From positions 4,092,001 to 4,156,000 of the forward strand of contig NC_092003.1 of the NCBI RefSeq assembly GCF_044704955.1: a stretch of DNA of 64,000 nucleotides, in the 5' to 3' direction. Below the pieces are notes generated by a model. That model did no database searches. It was given only the letters and a program-made list of their open reading frames with translations, and was not told where the DNA came from. This document shows, piece after piece, positions 60,599-64,000 of the stretch; within the stretch, counting starts at the first letter, position 1, and each line of letters starts with the position of its first letter. The DNA comes from Pristiophorus japonicus (Eukaryota). The position numbers were made by a program, and so were the translations under genes.

Positions 60599-60672
60599 TG
60601 ACTTGACTCACCGGCCGGGCCAATCTGCCTCCTTGCTCTCCTGCTAGAACTGAAACTGAAAAAGACTTGCAT

Positions 60673-61397
60673 AAGAATATAAGAAATAGGAGCAGGAGTA
60701 GGCCATACGGGCCCTCGAGCCTGGTCCGCCATTCAATAAGATCATGGCTGATCTGATCATGGACTCAGCTCCACTTCCCTGCCCGTTCCCCAAAACCCCA
60801 TATCGGTTAAGAAACTGTCAATCTGTGTCTTAAATTTATTCAATGTCTCAGCTTCCACAGCTCTCTGAGGCAGCGAATTCCACAGATTTACAACCCTCCG
60901 AGAGAAGAAATTCCTTCTCAGCTCAGTTTTAAATGGGCGGCCCCTTATTCTAAGATTATGCCCCCTAGTTCTAGTCTCCCCCATCAGTGGAAACATCCTC
61001 TCTGCATCCACCTTGTCAAGCCCCCTCATAATCTTATATGTTTCGATAAGATCACCTCTCATTCAGTGAGTTTAGGCCCAACCTACTCAACCTTTCCTCA
61101 TAAGTCAACCCCCTCATCCCCGGAATCAACCGAGTGAACCTTCTCTGAACTGCCTCCAAAGCAAGTATATCCTTTCGTAAATATGGAAACCAAAACTGCA
61201 TGCAGTATTCCAGATGTGGTCTCACCAATATCCTGTATAACTGTAGCAAGACTTTCCTGCTTTTATACTCCATCCCCTTTGCAATAAAGGCCAAGGTACC
61301 ATTGGCCTTCCTGATCACTTGCTGTACTTGCATACTATCCTTTTGTGTTTCATGCACAAGTACCCCCAGGTCCCGCTGCACTGCGCCACTTTGCAAT
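60673..61397 (-). mobile_element. CR1 3' fragment inserted into the tail of a Deu SINE
   Basis: ORF2 C-terminal fragments; duplication cttgcat at 60666-60672 and 61398-61404. Confidence 0.92.
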
Positions 61398-62432
61398 CTT
61401 GCATTTATATAGAGCCTTTTACAACCACTGGAAGTCCTTTACAGCCAATGAAGTACTTTTGAAGTGTAGTTACTGTAGACACGCGGCACCCAATTTACGC
61501 ACAGCAAGCTCCCACAAACAGCAATGTGATAATGACCCAGATAATCTGTTTTTTTGTTGTGTTGGAGGGATAAATATTGGCCCAGGACACCCGGGAAGAA
61601 TTCCCCTACTCTTCTTCGAAATAATGCCATGGGATCTTTTATGTCCACCTGAGAAACCGAGGCCCCGTCTGCACTAACGTCTCATCCGAAAGACGGCACC
61701 TCCGACAGTGCGGCGCTCCCTCAACACTGCCCCTCCGACAGTGCGGCGCTCCCTCAGCACTGCCCCTCCGACAGTACGGCGCTCTCTCAGCACTGCCCCT
61801 CCGACAGTGCGGCGCTCCCTCAGCACTGCCCCTCCGACAGTGCGGCGCTCCCTCAGCACTGCCCCTCCGACAGTGCGGCGCTCCCACAGCACTGCCCCTC
61901 CGACAGTGCGGCGCTCCCTCAGCACTGCCCCTCCGACAGTGCGGCGCTCCCTCAGCACTGCCCCTCCGACAGTGCGGCGCTCCCTCAGCACTGCCCCTCC
62001 GACAGTGCGGCGCTCCCTCAGCACTGCCCCTCCGACAGTGCGGCGCTCCCTCAGCACTGCCCCTCCGACAGTGCGGCGCTCCCTCAGCACTGCCCCTCCG
62101 ACAGTGCGGCGCTCCCTCAGCACTGCCCCTCCGACAGTGCGGCGCTCCTACAGCACTGCCCCTCCGACAGTGCGGCGCTCCCTCAGCACTGCCCCTCCGA
62201 CAGTGCGGCGCTCCCTCAGCACTGCCCCTCCGACAGTGCGGCGCTCCTTCAGCACTGCCCCTCCGACTGTGCGGCGCTCCTTCAGCACTGCCCCTCCGAC
62301 AGTGCGGCGCTCCCTCAGCACTGCACGAGAGTGTTAGCTTAGATTTATGTGCTCAAGTTTCCAGAGTGAGATTTGAACCCACGGCCTTCTGACTCCGAGG
62401 CGAAAGTGCTGCCCACTGAGCCACGGCTGACA
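61398..62432 (-). mobile_element. Full-length Deu-domain SINE with ~19 internal 33-bp repeats
   Basis: Head TGTCAGCCGTGGCTCAGTGGG...GGTTCAAATCTC, array at 61696-62325, Deu core, tail ending TATATAAATGCAAG. Confidence 0.92.
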
Positions 62433-62568
62433 CAACTCAAAATTAAACCAGCTGATCACTCAAGATAAATAATCACTGTTTTACAAATGGCATGCTTAAG
62501 AAAAGCTTCACTTCTTTCACCCCCTCAAATAATAAACCGACAAAATGGGTAGCTTCATATTTGATTAC

Positions 62569-62720
62569 CTGCTTCAGCAGAATGACCGTTCTCCTCACTT
62601 CCTTTATGCACAGCCAGGTTTTCACATGACAGGAAGTAGGAGGGTTGTTTTGATTGACATGTTGTTTTCAACCAATCCAATGCTTTATTTGGCAATTCCT
62701 AGTTGCTGAGCAACACGAGC
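62569..62720 (-). promoter_or_regulatory. Candidate promoter and untranslated first exon of the RILPL2-like gene
   Basis: Donor CAG|gtaatc at 62569/62568; ETS cores (cacttcc 62596, aggaagt 62631), TCACATGA at 62622, CCAAT at ~62672, X-box-like GTTGCTGAGCAAC at 62702-62714; unique sequence. Confidence 0.45.
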
Positions 62721-62977
62721 AGAGAAATAGGATTTGTTCCTGCTTTTTTTTCCTCCAGAAGAACTTATCTGCTTTCGTTTAAAGTGTGAAAACTCCTAGA
62801 ATCAACATTTTTCACCCGCTTTCTTCATAGTTTTTCTATTTTCATTTTCTTTTCATGAATTATTCTCCCCTCCGCTCTGATGGCGCTGACTTATGTTGGG
62901 GTACAGTTTCAAGAGTGCCAACTGGATGCTAGCATCTCAACCCAGTGCCCTTGGCAGTGAGTCCTGATGGGCTGTTT

Positions 62978-63460
62978 CACAAAAAATTTAGGCTGACACT
63001 CCAGTGCAGTACTGATGAGAGGGGGTGGGGCAGTACTGAGGGAGCGCTGCACTCGGAGGGGCAGTACTGAGGGAGCGCTGCACTGTCGGAGGGGTAGTAA
63101 TGAGGAGCGCTGCACTGTTGGTGGGGCAGTACTGAGGGAACACCGCACTGTTGGAGGGCAGTACTGAGGGAGTGCTGCACTGTTGGAGGTGCCGTCTTTT
63201 GGATGAGACGTTAAACTGAGGCCCTGTCTGCTCTCTCAGGTGGACATAAAAGATGGCAATAATGGCAATATTTGAAGGAAGAGCAAGGGGTTATCCCTGG
63301 TGTCCTGGGACCAATATTTATGCTCAATCAACGTAACAAAAAAACAGATTATCTGTCATTATCACATTGCTGTTTGTGAGAGTTTGCAGTGCGCAAATTT
63401 GCTGCCGCGCTTCCCACATTCAAAAATACTTTCATTGCTGTTAAAGCGCTTGGGAAGTCC
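62978..63460 (+). mobile_element. Deu-domain SINE, 5'-truncated, ~5 internal repeats
   Basis: ggctgacactccagtgcagtactga, repeated gcagtactgagggagcgctgcactg, core gccgtcttttggatgagacgttaaac... Confidence 0.88.
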
Positions 63461-63464
63461 GTCT

Positions 63465-64000
63465 CGAACCCCCTCACCTCTCTCACCCCTCTCCACTCCC
63501 CCCCCTCTCAATCCCCCCCCTCCATGCCCCTTCCTCACTCCCCCCCTCTCTATTCCCTCTTCTCACTCCCCATCTGCCTCTCTCCCCCCTGCCTCCTCCC
63601 CCCACCCTCATTGCCCTTCTCTCGCAACTCATTCTCTCCCCCCCCTCTCCTCATGCCCTCTCTCTCTCTCTCTCTACCCCCCCTCTCTCTACCCCCCTCT
63701 CTCTCTACCCCCCTCTCTCTCTTCCCCCTCTCTCTCTTCCCCCCTCTCTCTTCCCCCCTCTCTCTTCCCCCCTCTCTCTTCCCCCCTATCTCTTCCCCCC
63801 TCTCTCTCTTCCCCCCTCTCTCTCTTCCCCCNNNNNNNNNNNNNNNNNNNNNNNNNNNNNNNNNNNNNNNNNNNNNNNNNNNNNNNNNNNNNNNNNNNNN
63901 NNNNNNNNNNNNNNNNNNNNNNNNNNNNNNNNNNNNNNNNNNNNNNNNNNNNNNNNNNNNNNNNNNNNNNNNCTCTTCCGCCCTCTCTCTCTCTTCCCGC
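63465..64000. repeat. CT-rich low-complexity repeat around an assembly gap
   Basis: (ctct)n-cccccc units on both sides of the N run. Confidence 0.9.
63832..63972. other. Assembly gap (141 N)
   Basis: Run of N. Confidence 1.

Noticed and set aside
61674-62337. STAPPTVRRSL and LRERRTVGGAV repeat ORFs resembling mucin repeats (also 46825-47757, 55855-56240)
   Set aside because: Produced by the 33-bp VNTR inside Deu SINEs
52071-64000. MACROD1 exon 3 (DITKLEVDAIVNAA-like) and FLRT1
   Set aside because: No matching coding sequence found by eye; presumed to lie downstream of the window

Overview
Vertebrate genomic DNA, most likely a cartilaginous fish (shark), inferred from its repeat families: abundant CR1 LINEs, SacSINE1/Deu-type SINEs, L2, RTE and Penelope remnants. 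Two protein-coding genes lie head-to-head. STIP1/HOP is on the minus strand (coding exons 1-6, 12316 down to 363, continuing off the window start). MACROD1 is on the plus strand (exon 1 at 45942-46239, exon 2 at 51969-52070, continuing past the window end). About 33.6 kb separates them, holding a ~21.4-kb 37/38-bp minisatellite, a full-length but frameshifted CR1 with tandem 5' monomers, and several nested retroelements. An intact, intronless RILPL2-like ORF (60035-60598, minus) lies antisense inside MACROD1 intron 2, with a candidate untranslated first exon and RFX X-box near 62.6-62.7 kb; it is probably a retained retrogene. Other notable structure: 16 CCAAT boxes, mostly ~30 bp apart, plus a ZNF143-type motif upstream of MACROD1; a satellite built from copies of the MACROD1 exon-1 splice donor; a perfect 43-bp inverted repeat marking template switching at a young CR1 5' junction; and degenerate Penelope-type hammerhead ribozyme cores. 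The window ends in CT-rich sequence with a 141-N gap. Gene and repeat identities come from recalled sequences and splice-phase logic, not database searches; repeat boundaries are approximate.
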